From NCBI GenBank assembly GCA_021647465.1, contig JAKIUQ010000001.1, positions 35,962-99,961 on the forward strand: a stretch of 64,000 nucleotides of DNA. Reading direction: 5' to 3'. The DNA is from Emcibacter sp. (GTDB taxonomy: Bacteria; Pseudomonadota; Alphaproteobacteria; Sphingomonadales; Emcibacteraceae). Within the stretch, counting starts at the first letter, position 1. Every line of letters begins with the position of its first letter. Below are positions 1 through 9,549 of the stretch, in pieces. A program made the translations under genes and the position numbers. The notes below the pieces were generated by a model that saw only the letters and a list, made by a program, of their open reading frames with translations, was not told the DNA's origin and searched no databases.

Positions 1-1
1 C

Positions 2-238
2 GCAGCAGACCCCGTAGAAGCCAAGAAATTTTATAATATTGATTTGGTCTCCTCATTGGATGACCTTGAAGATCATTCTTACGCTGCGGTAATGGGCGTG
101 GTGGCCCATGATGCCTATAAGTCACTTACCGGCGCAGATATGGAACGCTTGCTCGAGGTTGGCGGTCTGATTGCCGATGTCAAGGCGATGTGGCGTGGTC
201 AGGATAAACCAGAGCATTTGCGTAAGTGGCAGCTGTAA
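2..238 (+). CDS. 3' end of a nucleotide-sugar dehydrogenase (UDP-glucose/GDP-mannose dehydrogenase family); 5' part lies outside the window
   Basis: The frame is open from the window edge to the stop at 236-238. The tail ...AAVMGVVAHDAYKSLTGADMERLL...IADVKAMWRG resembles the C-terminal domain of TviB/WbpO-type sugar dehydrogenases. The family call is from pattern memory only. Confidence 0.45.
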   Translation, partial: AADPVEAKKFYNIDLVSSLDDLEDHSYAAVMGVVAHDAYKSLTGADMERLLEVGGLIADVKAMWRGQDKPEHLRKWQL

Positions 239-250
239 GCAGATATAGTT

Positions 251-1570
251 TTACAGCCGGGAAATTTTCGGATATTCGCGGGCAAGGGTGATGGCCCTTG
301 CCGCCATGAATATGCTATAGCTCAGCCATAACCCGTGATTTTGCCATATGGGCAAGAATATTATCAATGAAGCAATATAAATAACGGTGGAGATCACCAT
401 GCTGTTTCGCATGTATTTTGCGGCTGTGGCGCCGATGAATATGCCGTCGAAATGAAAACACCAGATCGAGATGACCGGCAGAATGATAACCCATATTAAA
501 TATTCTGCTGCGGTATTTCTGATGTCTTGAATGTTGGTCAGTATATTGATGAATATGTCACCAAAAAGCAGATAGATTAAGCTGAAGAATACGGATGTTG
601 CCAAGGCCCATTTTCCTGACGTCATGACGGCCTTGTGCAGGCCCTTGCGAGATTTACGGCCGACTTCCTTGCCAACGAGAACTTCTGCGGCCTGTGCAAA
701 GCCGTCCAGCCCAAATGATGTGACCATTTGCAAATTCATGAGAATGGCATTGGCCGCCAGTATCTTGGTGCCCATACCCGCGCCAAGGATGGTGAAGGCG
801 GACAGGCTAACGGTCAGGCAGACTGTCCTGATGAAGATATCACGGTTCAGGATAAATAATTTAACGAAGGCTTGCCGGTTAAACAGCCCGCGCCGCGCCT
901 CTGCCCCCCAGACGTTATAGCCAAAAAGTTTTTTGTTATGTTTGGCGACAAGCCAGAATGCCAACAACCCCGCCATGACTTCTGACAGGACAGTGCCTAG
1001 TGCCACACCATCAATATCCATGCCAAGGCCATAGACAAAAAAGATATTCAGCAGAATATTACTGACATTCATGAATAATTGAATCCAGAGCGCCAGCTTG
1101 GCTTTATGAAGGCCCAGCAACCAGCCCACGGCCACAAAATTCATGAGGGCGAATGGGGCCCCCCAAATCCGGATCAGAAAATATTCCCGGGCGAGGGCCT
1201 CAACAGCGGGTTCTGCGCCGGTTAAAGAAAAAATCATTTGAGCAACGGGTATTTGCATGGTGATGAAGCCAAGGCCAATCAGTACGGCGATCAGGCTGGC
1301 CCGCAAATATATTCTGGGAATTAAGGTTACTTCATTGGCGCCGCTTGCTTGCGCCGTAAGGCCGATCGTGGCCATGCGCAGAAAATTAACGCTGTGATAT
1401 AGAATGCTGATGATCATTGCCCCAAGTGCAATGGCACCAAGATACATAGGGTCTGGCATATGGCCCATCATAAAACTATCTACCAGACCCAGCAAAGGTA
1501 TGGAGATATTTGTAATAATGGCCGGTAGGGCTATTTGCCACATCCGTCTGGAATATGTTTCCTGTGTCAT
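251..1570 (-). CDS. MATE family efflux transporter (DinF-like)
   Basis: Long polytopic hydrophobic ORF. The N-terminus MWQIALPAIITNISIPLLGLVDSFMMGH is typical of MATE proteins. ATG at 1570 is preferred over the upstream start at 1651. Confidence 0.85.
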   Translation of the reverse strand: MTQETYSRRMWQIALPAIITNISIPLLGLVDSFMMGHMPDPMYLGAIALGAMIISILYHSVNFLRMATIGLTAQASGANEVTLIPRIYLRASLIAVLIGLGFITMQIPVAQMIFSLTGAEPAVEALAREYFLIRIWGAPFALMNFVAVGWLLGLHKAKLALWIQLFMNVSNILLNIFFVYGLGMDIDGVALGTVLSEVMAGLLAFWLVAKHNKKLFGYNVWGAEARRGLFNRQAFVKLFILNRDIFIRTVCLTVSLSAFTILGAGMGTKILAANAILMNLQMVTSFGLDGFAQAAEVLVGKEVGRKSRKGLHKAVMTSGKWALATSVFFSLIYLLFGDIFINILTNIQDIRNTAAEYLIWVIILPVISIWCFHFDGIFIGATAAKYMRNSMVISTVIYIASLIIFLPIWQNHGLWLSYSIFMAARAITLAREYPKISRL

Positions 1571-1859
1571 GGCGTTCACTTGTAACGGGACATAATTCAA
1601 AAAAGATAAAAAACTTAAAATGCTTGTGACAAAGAAATAACTTTGTTTCACTGATAAGGCTATTGGTTTTTCATAAAGATGAATATATTATCTTGCAATA
1701 CAGGATAAAAAAACATAATGATAACCTTAGTATTCGGCCTATAATACATTATTTAAATGTATAAATGAAATTAAAACACTAAAAATCGTGTAATTGGAAG
1801 TCCCTGGTATAATATGGGTGTGGTTTATATTTCGATTATATGAATAGTTAGGAAATAGA

Positions 1860-3731
1860 ATGAGTGTGCAATCAACTCAGCATGTGAATGATGACGTTAC
1901 AAAACTTGAATCGGTTGTAATCCGCTTCGCAGGCGATTCTGGTGATGGAATGCAATTAACAGGGTCGCAATTTTCCGTCGCAACGGCATTAGAGGGCAGT
2001 GATCTGTCAACCTTTCCAGACTTTCCCGCAGAAATAAGAGCGCCTGTTGGGACAACATTTGGCGTATCTGCCTTTCAGATTAACTTTGGTTCCGTAGAAG
2101 TGTCAACGGCCGGGGATGAGCCGGATGTTTTGATTGTTATGAATCCTGCGGCGCTGAAAGTGAATTTGAATAACCTTAGAAAAGGCGGGATGATTATTCT
2201 GGATGAGGGGGCCTTTAACGCGAAGAATCTGAAAAAAGCCGGATATGAGGTCAGCCCGCTGGAGGATGAAAGTCTTGCGCAGTATAATCTGATACGCATT
2301 GATATCACGAGAATGACCGTTGAAACCGTCAAGAAATTTGGCCTTGGTAATAAAGATTCGCTGCGCTGTAAAAATATGTGGACGCTTGGCCTTGTGTTAT
2401 GGATGTTCGGGCGTAAGCGCCAGCCGATCATTGATTCCCTGGCACAGAAATTTGCCAAGAAACCTGACGTGGCGAATGCGAATATAGCGGCCCTTAATGC
2501 GGGCCATGCCTTTGGTGAAACGGCTGAAATGTCAAGCAACCTGCACCGGTATCAAATTAATAAATATGAGGAAGAAGCCGGTATATACCGCACAGTGAAC
2601 GGTAATCAATCTTTATGCTGGGGTATACTCGCCGGTTCGCAGTTGGCCGATCTTGAGATTTTATTGGGCTCGTACCCCATAACGCCCGCATCACCTTTGT
2701 TGCATATGCTCTCTGATATGAAAGAATTTGGGGTGATTACCTTTCAGGCGGAAGATGAAATTGCGGCTATTTGTTCGGCCATTGGGGCCTCGTTTGCCGG
2801 CAAGCTGGGCATGACGACAAGCTCTGGCCCCGGTATAGCCCTTAAGACCGAGGCGATCGGCCTTGCGATCAGTACGGAACTGCCGTTGATCATTGTTGAT
2901 ATTCAACGGGCGGGGCCTTCTACTGGGCTGCCCACAAAGACAGAACAATCGGATTTATATCAGGCCGTATGGGGCCGAAATGGTGACGCGCCAATTGTCG
3001 TGATTTCTGTTTCCACCTCTACGGATGGTTTTGAGGTTGGTATCGAAGCCGTAAGGCTTGCGACAAAATATATGACGCCGGTTATGATCCTGTCCGATGG
3101 TTATATCGCCAATGCCTCAGAGCCATGGAAAATACCTGATATCAATGATTATGACGCTTTTCCTGTGAAATTTCATCAGGATCCAGAAGGCTTTCATCCC
3201 TCAAAACGCGATCCTGAGACTTTGGCGCGGGTGTGGGCCAAGCCTGGAACCCCTGAATTGATGCACCGTATCGGCGGTATTGAAAAAGATTACGATAGCG
3301 GCCATATTTCCTATGATGCCGATAATCATCAGAAAATGACTGACGTTCGCAGAGCCAAAATTGATAATATAGCGCAGGATATACCGCTTCAGGAAGTTTC
3401 CCAAGGCACAGAGGGCGGCAAGTTGGCCATTGTGGGCTGGGGGTCAACATATGGCTCCATACATCAGGCGGTTAAAAAAGCGCGCAAAGACGGTCTGGAT
3501 GTGTCCCATATTCATATACGGCATATTTGGCCGCTGCCGCGAAATTTAGAAGCTTTGCTGAATTCTTATGACAGGGTGATCGTGGCGGAAATGAATGTGG
3601 GTCAGTTGAATACGCTGCTGCGCAGTCAATATTTGCTAGATTCTGTTCTCTTGTCGAAAGTATCCGGCCAACCGTTTAAAATCGCGGAAATTCATGAGGC
3701 TATCGTGGAAAATACAGGAGACCTTAAATGA
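1860..3731 (+). CDS. korA: 2-oxoacid (2-oxoglutarate):ferredoxin oxidoreductase, alpha subunit
   Basis: 623 aa. Motifs VVIRFAGDSGDGMQLTG and GSYPITPASPLL are characteristic of the KorA/OFOR alpha subunit. ATGA overlap with the beta-subunit gene. Confidence 0.9.
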   Translation: MSVQSTQHVNDDVTKLESVVIRFAGDSGDGMQLTGSQFSVATALEGSDLSTFPDFPAEIRAPVGTTFGVSAFQINFGSVEVSTAGDEPDVLIVMNPAALKVNLNNLRKGGMIILDEGAFNAKNLKKAGYEVSPLEDESLAQYNLIRIDITRMTVETVKKFGLGNKDSLRCKNMWTLGLVLWMFGRKRQPIIDSLAQKFAKKPDVANANIAALNAGHAFGETAEMSSNLHRYQINKYEEEAGIYRTVNGNQSLCWGILAGSQLADLEILLGSYPITPASPLLHMLSDMKEFGVITFQAEDEIAAICSAIGASFAGKLGMTTSSGPGIALKTEAIGLAISTELPLIIVDIQRAGPSTGLPTKTEQSDLYQAVWGRNGDAPIVVISVSTSTDGFEVGIEAVRLATKYMTPVMILSDGYIANASEPWKIPDINDYDAFPVKFHQDPEGFHPSKRDPETLARVWAKPGTPELMHRIGGIEKDYDSGHISYDADNHQKMTDVRRAKIDNIAQDIPLQEVSQGTEGGKLAIVGWGSTYGSIHQAVKKARKDGLDVSHIHIRHIWPLPRNLEALLNSYDRVIVAEMNVGQLNTLLRSQYLLDSVLLSKVSGQPFKIAEIHEAIVENTGDLK

Positions 3732-4750
3732 ACAAGCAGGTTGATATAAAAAAACTGTCCCCCAAAGATTTTGAAACCGATCAGGAAGTAAGATGGTGCC
3801 CCGGCTGCGGCGATTATGCCATACTTAAAGGCGTGCAGATGACATTGGCCAATACGGGGGCATCGCCGGAAAATACGGTTTTTGTTTCTGGTATCGGCTG
3901 CTCTTCGCGTTTTCCATATTATATATCGACTTATGGATTTCACACTATTCATGGGCGCGCGCCGGGTTTTGCTACAGGCATAAAGCTTGCGAATCCAGAT
4001 CTGGACGTGTGGCTTGTAACGGGGGACGGCGATGGTTTGAGCATTGGCGGCAATCATATGCTGCATGTTTTGCGGCGCAATGTCGACATACAGATTATGT
4101 TGTTTAATAATGAGATATATGGCCTTACCAAGGGGCAATATTCCCCGACATCCCAGCCAGGACTGATTACGCCGTCAACGCCCATGGGGTCGGTTGATGC
4201 GCCGTTGTCGCCTTGTGTTTTTGCCCTTGGGGCAGGCGCGCGGTTCGTGGCGCGCGGTATTGATACCTCACTGAAAGAGCTTCCGGTGACGCTCGCGCGG
4301 GCCAAGGATCATAAGGGCGCGTCCTTCGTCGAGATTTTTCAAAATTGCATAGTTTATAATGACGATGTTTTTGGTGAATTCACGCAGAAGAAGACCGCAA
4401 AAGATACGCAAATCCATGTTAAGCATGGCGAAAAGATGATTTTTGGCAAGGATGTCATCAAGGGGCTTTGGTTTAATGCGGAGAAATTTGGCCTTGAGGT
4501 TGTTGTCATCGGTGAAAATGGGATTACAGAGGATGATATTCTTGTTCATGATGAAACCAACAGGCATATAGCCTTTATGTTATGCGAACTTGAAGCTCCG
4601 GATTATCCGGTTGTCTGCGGCGTTATTTATTGTAATCCGGCAGAAAGCTATGACAAGGCTGTGCAGGATCAGGTCGCGCAGGCCAAGCGTGACAAGAAGG
4701 CTGACTTTAATGCCTTGCTGCGGCGCGGGCGAACCTGGACAGTGGAATAA
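3728..4750 (+). CDS. korB: 2-oxoacid:ferredoxin oxidoreductase, beta (TPP-binding) subunit
   Basis: 340 aa. Motifs RWCPGCGDYAIL, GIGCSSRFPYY and the GDGDGLSIGGNH TPP motif. 4-nt overlap with korA. Confidence 0.9.
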   Translation: MNKQVDIKKLSPKDFETDQEVRWCPGCGDYAILKGVQMTLANTGASPENTVFVSGIGCSSRFPYYISTYGFHTIHGRAPGFATGIKLANPDLDVWLVTGDGDGLSIGGNHMLHVLRRNVDIQIMLFNNEIYGLTKGQYSPTSQPGLITPSTPMGSVDAPLSPCVFALGAGARFVARGIDTSLKELPVTLARAKDHKGASFVEIFQNCIVYNDDVFGEFTQKKTAKDTQIHVKHGEKMIFGKDVIKGLWFNAEKFGLEVVVIGENGITEDDILVHDETNRHIAFMLCELEAPDYPVVCGVIYCNPAESYDKAVQDQVAQAKRDKKADFNALLRRGRTWTVE

Positions 4751-4861
4751 TCCTAAACCGCATTATAGTATTTTATTATATTTTAATGATTAGGCAGCTT
4801 TATTATTTTATAATAGGAAAATAGTAATATTGGGCTTTGACGCAAAGACATAGGGAATTTG

Positions 4862-5467
4862 ATGATTTCTGCTGTATCATCCATTGTTGCACAATCTTTT
4901 CAATCCGCCGCGAGCAGGTCGGCGGGGCCGTTATCTGATGCGCCAGAAGAAAAAAAACCGGCTGCGCCAGAGTCCAGTTCTTTAAATGAAGAAGAAAAAA
5001 AACAGGTTGCGCAATTAAAAAAAATTGACCGGGAAGTTCGCGCCCACGAACAGGCCCATAAAAATGCTGGCGGCCAATATGCCGGATCGGCATCCTTTGG
5101 TTATCAAGTAGGCCCAGACGGAAAAAGATATGCCGTAAGCGGGGAGGTTCCCATTGATATTGCGCCCATAGAGGGTGATCCTGCGGCAACGGTTGCTAAA
5201 ATGACGGCTATAGCGGCGGCGGCCTTGGCGCCCGCAAAGCCTTCTGGTCAGGATCGGCGTGTTGCGGCGCAGGCCATTTCGCTTCGTGGGGAGGCCCAAT
5301 CAGAATTAACTCAAGAATCCCGCAAGACATTATCTGCCATTGACAGCGGGGGTGAGGAGCCGGCGCAGGCCATTTCCATTAATGCATCATCTATAGCGGC
5401 CTATGGAACAGGGGCGGTTAATAATGATGAAAAACCAACGGGAAATATTCTTGATTTCCTTAGTTAG
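4862..5467 (+). CDS. SprA-related / putative metalloprotease family protein (HExxH-like HEQAH), function unknown
   Basis: About 200 aa, Ala/Glu-rich. The core VRAHEQAHKNAGGQYAGSASFGYQVGPDGKRYAVSGEV matches my memory of the SprA-related (PF12118-type) family. ATG at 4862 lies just after a TTG at 4859. Confidence 0.6.
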   Translation: MISAVSSIVAQSFQSAASRSAGPLSDAPEEKKPAAPESSSLNEEEKKQVAQLKKIDREVRAHEQAHKNAGGQYAGSASFGYQVGPDGKRYAVSGEVPIDIAPIEGDPAATVAKMTAIAAAALAPAKPSGQDRRVAAQAISLRGEAQSELTQESRKTLSAIDSGGEEPAQAISINASSIAAYGTGAVNNDEKPTGNILDFLS

Positions 5468-5744
5468 AGCATAGATATTTTCAATTCCCGCGCCATTCTT
5501 TCAGCCTGTTAATATTTCATTATTAGTTTTCCTATATTTTTTATCTATAAAACCTCTCTAAATAGCAGGAGAGACTAATAAATTGAAAATATACATAATT
5601 TTTTGTGCCGTAATTCTGTTTGTATTCACAAAAAAATAACGACATCGCAGGTGGGGCTTCCTAAGAAGTGGTGAGTTGGCAGTATGGGGTAGTTAAATTT
5701 TTTCTCTATTTGAGATATAGGGCACCAGCTACTAGTTAGAAAAG

Positions 5745-7607
5745 ATGATCGAAAATATATTTAAAAAAAATCTATACAGGTTTTTATATAACATAAAGCT
5801 CAAGACCGCATTATACAGCATGATGTTGCTTATGGGTATTATTTTTCTTGGGGTTCAGCTCTATACAATCTCCAATTATTCCGCTTTTATGAATGATAGC
5901 AATTCGAATTTGAAGACCAGTGTTATCAAGGCTTTGGTTAGGGAACGGCTCCTTTTCCATCATTATGTTGACAGCCGCTCCGTGGTGGAGAAAATCGCTC
6001 AAGACTCTTTATTCCGGAATTCCTTTGTGACGGAGGACCACTCGGATATCCAAAACCAGTTAAAGCTAGCCTCTCTTAAAGCTCAGAGCATGATGCCTGA
6101 TTTAAATATTCTGGAACTTCATGCTATAGGCACAGATTTTCATTTGCTGGGAAGTTGGCTATCAGATGCACAGGGGGCGAATTCTTTGCCCGAGGTATAT
6201 AAACAGCGCGAAAAAATGTTGAATATAGACCGTTTGAGTGCCCATAGTCACTTCTATCATTCCGCGGATGGCAATCCATTGCATATGTTAATTTTTCCTA
6301 TTGGTGGCGTAGAGAAATATGGCTATTTAGTATTTATCACTTCTCCTCTGGCTAGTTTAGTCGGTATAGGGGATGTCATTAATGCGAAAATTGAAGTTAA
6401 CAACATAATCGGCAAGAAGATTTTGGAAAATGATTATGAATTGACGGCAGACCAATCTAACATTACACAGAAAATAATCCCCATATCCATTAATGATGGA
6501 AAAACTTATTTAAATATTGTTGCCCGTTACGATAATTTGGCCGCAGTAGATCAAATGAGCAAGCTCAACGCCTTTAGCATTCTATCTTCCATTATAGGTC
6601 TTCTGATTTCTTTGTATATTGCATCTACGGTATTAAATATCAGTATGTTTAACCGGATAAGAGAGATTTCTGTCACAATGACTAAAATTGTGAAGGGTAA
6701 AACCAATGTCATAATACCAAAGGCGCGAAATGATGAATTGTCTGTTATAAGAGAACAGCTTGAAAAAATTGTGGCCTATGAAAAGGACAGAAACCAGCTC
6801 AATAATGAACTGATCGTCGCCCGTAAAGAGGCGGAAGTCTCCAATATGGCGAAATCAGAATTTTTGACGAATATGAGCCACGAATTGAGAACGCCGCTGA
6901 ATGCCATTATTGGTTTCTCAGAATTTATGACATGCGATTTTCTGGCAAAAAACCTTGATGATAAATACAGGGAATATGCCCATGATATTCGTAATAGTGG
7001 GGTTCATCTTTTAAACATCATTAATGATATTCTGGACCTGTCCAAAATCGAAGCCGGAAATATGATATTATCCCCAAATAAGGTGGCCGTTCTGGATCTG
7101 GTTGAGACATCCATAAAGCTTATTGAAGTTGCCGCGCATGAAAAATCGATATCTGTTGATAATGTTATTTCTGAAGAATTGCCGGATTTATACGTGGATG
7201 AAAGAATGGTGCGTCAGATTTTGATAAATGTCTTGTCAAATGCGGTTAAATTTACGCCGGAAGGGGGAAATATTGTTATTAATGCCGGCGTTGAGCAAGA
7301 CGGTAATTTTTGCATAGCGGTCTCTGATAACGGCATAGGTATCGAAGAAGATCAGATTGAAAAGGTTATATCCCCGTTCAGCCAAGTGGATGACAGTTTT
7401 ACCCGGGAACAAGAAGGAACCGGCCTTGGCCTTGCGCTTGTGAGGTCTTTCATAGAACTGCATGGGGGAACGCTGTCATTGCAGAGCGCCTGGGGGATCG
7501 GGACAACAGTATATCTTCAATTCCCCGAATCCTGTCAGTTAGGTAAAGCGGCCCCATCTGAAGACAATATAGCGCCGGATTTGATAAAAATGCACCAAAT
7601 AAACTGA
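5745..7607 (+). CDS. Sensor histidine kinase (membrane, large extracytoplasmic domain)
   Basis: Two hydrophobic segments flank a domain of about 240 aa. H-box SEFLTNMSHELRTPLNAIIGFSE. The HATPase_c N, G1 and G2 boxes are present (NAVKFTP, DNGIGI, GTGLGLALV). Confidence 0.88.
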   Translation: MIENIFKKNLYRFLYNIKLKTALYSMMLLMGIIFLGVQLYTISNYSAFMNDSNSNLKTSVIKALVRERLLFHHYVDSRSVVEKIAQDSLFRNSFVTEDHSDIQNQLKLASLKAQSMMPDLNILELHAIGTDFHLLGSWLSDAQGANSLPEVYKQREKMLNIDRLSAHSHFYHSADGNPLHMLIFPIGGVEKYGYLVFITSPLASLVGIGDVINAKIEVNNIIGKKILENDYELTADQSNITQKIIPISINDGKTYLNIVARYDNLAAVDQMSKLNAFSILSSIIGLLISLYIASTVLNISMFNRIREISVTMTKIVKGKTNVIIPKARNDELSVIREQLEKIVAYEKDRNQLNNELIVARKEAEVSNMAKSEFLTNMSHELRTPLNAIIGFSEFMTCDFLAKNLDDKYREYAHDIRNSGVHLLNIINDILDLSKIEAGNMILSPNKVAVLDLVETSIKLIEVAAHEKSISVDNVISEELPDLYVDERMVRQILINVLSNAVKFTPEGGNIVINAGVEQDGNFCIAVSDNGIGIEEDQIEKVISPFSQVDDSFTREQEGTGLGLALVRSFIELHGGTLSLQSAWGIGTTVYLQFPESCQLGKAAPSEDNIAPDLIKMHQIN

Positions 7608-7617
7608 TCTAGGCTGC

Positions 7618-9384
7618 CTAATTCAGTTTTTTCTGTAATGTATTATTTATAACGATTCTGAGGCTTGCGGGCATGATTGGCTTATGCAAGAGTATATGGT
7701 CACTTTCCCGGGCCTGTAACATGCGATCTTTCGCAGTGTCGCCAGTAATGATTATGGCAGGAATGGATTTTTTATAGTGATTATTTATGGCCTCAATAGC
7801 CTGCGCACCGGTTCTCATCTCCCGCAAACGAAAATCCGTAATGATGATGTCCGGCGTGAATTCATTCTCATTCAAAAACTTAAGGACGTCTCGTTCAGAT
7901 TCAAACGGCAATACGGTGTGGCCCCATTTACCGATCAGATGTGACATGGCATCCAATGTGTCCGTTTCATCATCAATGAGTATGATATTGCCTGTTTTGG
8001 CATCCAGATCAAACTGGTGATCCTGTTTTTCTGACAATAGGGGAAATCTATTGGAGAGGGGCAGGGTTATTTGAAAGCATGTTCCTTTTCCGACGATAGA
8101 TGTCACATTTATTTTATGATGCAGGAGGTCACACATGCCCTTAACGATGGAAAGTCCAAGTCCAAGCCCCTTATTCTGGTTCCGCTCTGGGTTGTTAATC
8201 TGGTAATATTCCGTGAAGATTTTATCCATCAAATGATTTGGAATACCGATTCCATTGTCATGAATTTCTATTTTGAGCGCCCCGTTTTTCTTGCGGCAAC
8301 CAAGGAGAATTTTCCCCCCATTATCTGTATAGCGTATTGCGTTGCTGATAAGGTTGTTAAGAATTCGGTCAATCATATGAGGGTCGCTTTCAATAATCCA
8401 GGAAACCGACAATATGTTGATCGTGATGTTTTTCTCTTGGGCTAATGGGGTGAATTCGTTTTTCAGCTTATTAAATATTTCTCCCAAGGCAAGGGGGGAG
8501 ACAAAAGGTGTAATGATCCCAGCATCAATTTTTGATATATCAAGAAGGGCATTCAGCTGTCCTCTTAAATTATCAGACGTTCGTTCAATTTTGTGAAGCA
8601 AATGAACTTGTTTTTCATTGGTTTGGTTTCTTTTCAATGCTTCAATGAAAAAACCCATGGCATGTAAAGGCTGCCTTAAATCATGGCTGGCGGCGGCCAG
8701 AAATGTGGATTTGGCATGGCTGGCCGATATGGCCTTGTCTTTTTCAAGTCTTAAGTTTTTTACGAGATCCGAATTTTCAAATCGAAGCCTTATGGACAAG
8801 AGCAGGGATTTCTGAATGACGATGCTAAAGGCCAAATTGATAAACAGGAAAATGATGCAGAATACGCCTGCCGATATATTCATTTCATCGTTAACGTTAA
8901 AATATCTGAAGGCCAGTCCCGACATAACAGGTATGGCAAAAGCAAAATAGCAGGGAACGAATGACGAAAGCCCCGGCACAGACCCCGATGTCACGCCAAA
9001 TAAGACCACAGTGATGAAGAGTAATGTTGTGGCGTCGCCATACATGGGAAAGAAAAAACCAACGGCCCCCCATACGGTTCCGGAAAAGGCCGCAAGAAAA
9101 ATATTTATTATGCTGAGTAACGTAAGGTCAATATTATGTTTTCGCTGGACATAAAAAAGCGCAAGTCTCAGCACAGATGGAAAGTTGACCAAGGCAAGCC
9201 AGGTCAAAAGAATTTTATGGGGGACAATGGACCAAAGCGTAAAGGTCGTAAGGCTGGAAATAACAAGAACAATGACCAGAATAGACTTGATCTGTTGAGA
9301 AATCAGATTCAATTGTTCTGACAGGATTCTATCAGATAATGATATAATACCCTTGCCGCTTGTTGCCATTCTGGTTATGTCCAT
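7618..9384 (-). CDS. Hybrid sensor histidine kinase/response regulator with polytopic N-terminal membrane domain
   Basis: About 6 TM helices. H-box FLAAASHDLRQPLHAM. HATPase_c boxes (DNGIGIP, GLGLGLSIV). C-terminal receiver domain (ILIDDETD...IITDFRL...). Confidence 0.88.
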   Translation of the reverse strand: MDITRMATSGKGIISLSDRILSEQLNLISQQIKSILVIVLVISSLTTFTLWSIVPHKILLTWLALVNFPSVLRLALFYVQRKHNIDLTLLSIINIFLAAFSGTVWGAVGFFFPMYGDATTLLFITVVLFGVTSGSVPGLSSFVPCYFAFAIPVMSGLAFRYFNVNDEMNISAGVFCIIFLFINLAFSIVIQKSLLLSIRLRFENSDLVKNLRLEKDKAISASHAKSTFLAAASHDLRQPLHAMGFFIEALKRNQTNEKQVHLLHKIERTSDNLRGQLNALLDISKIDAGIITPFVSPLALGEIFNKLKNEFTPLAQEKNITINILSVSWIIESDPHMIDRILNNLISNAIRYTDNGGKILLGCRKKNGALKIEIHDNGIGIPNHLMDKIFTEYYQINNPERNQNKGLGLGLSIVKGMCDLLHHKINVTSIVGKGTCFQITLPLSNRFPLLSEKQDHQFDLDAKTGNIILIDDETDTLDAMSHLIGKWGHTVLPFESERDVLKFLNENEFTPDIIITDFRLREMRTGAQAIEAINNHYKKSIPAIIITGDTAKDRMLQARESDHILLHKPIMPASLRIVINNTLQKKLN

Positions 9385-9488
9385 TTTGCAGCCCCCAATA
9401 TAACATTTTTAGAGGAAGAGGATAATGGAATTCCAATCAGGAAGATATAGTATAAAACTGCTAGTTTAACATGTAAAATATTACAGAG

Positions 9489-9518
9489 AAAGGCGGCCCG
9501 GTTCATGGGACCGCCTTT
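9489..9518 (-). terminator. Hairpin downstream of pntB (probable intrinsic terminator)
   Basis: AAAGGCGGCCC-GGTTCAT-GGGACCGCCTTT inverted repeat 30 bp past the pntB stop. The U-tract on the minus strand is only moderate. Confidence 0.5.
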
Positions 9519-9549
9519 TCAGTTTTATAAGGTGTAATATATTGTGTCC

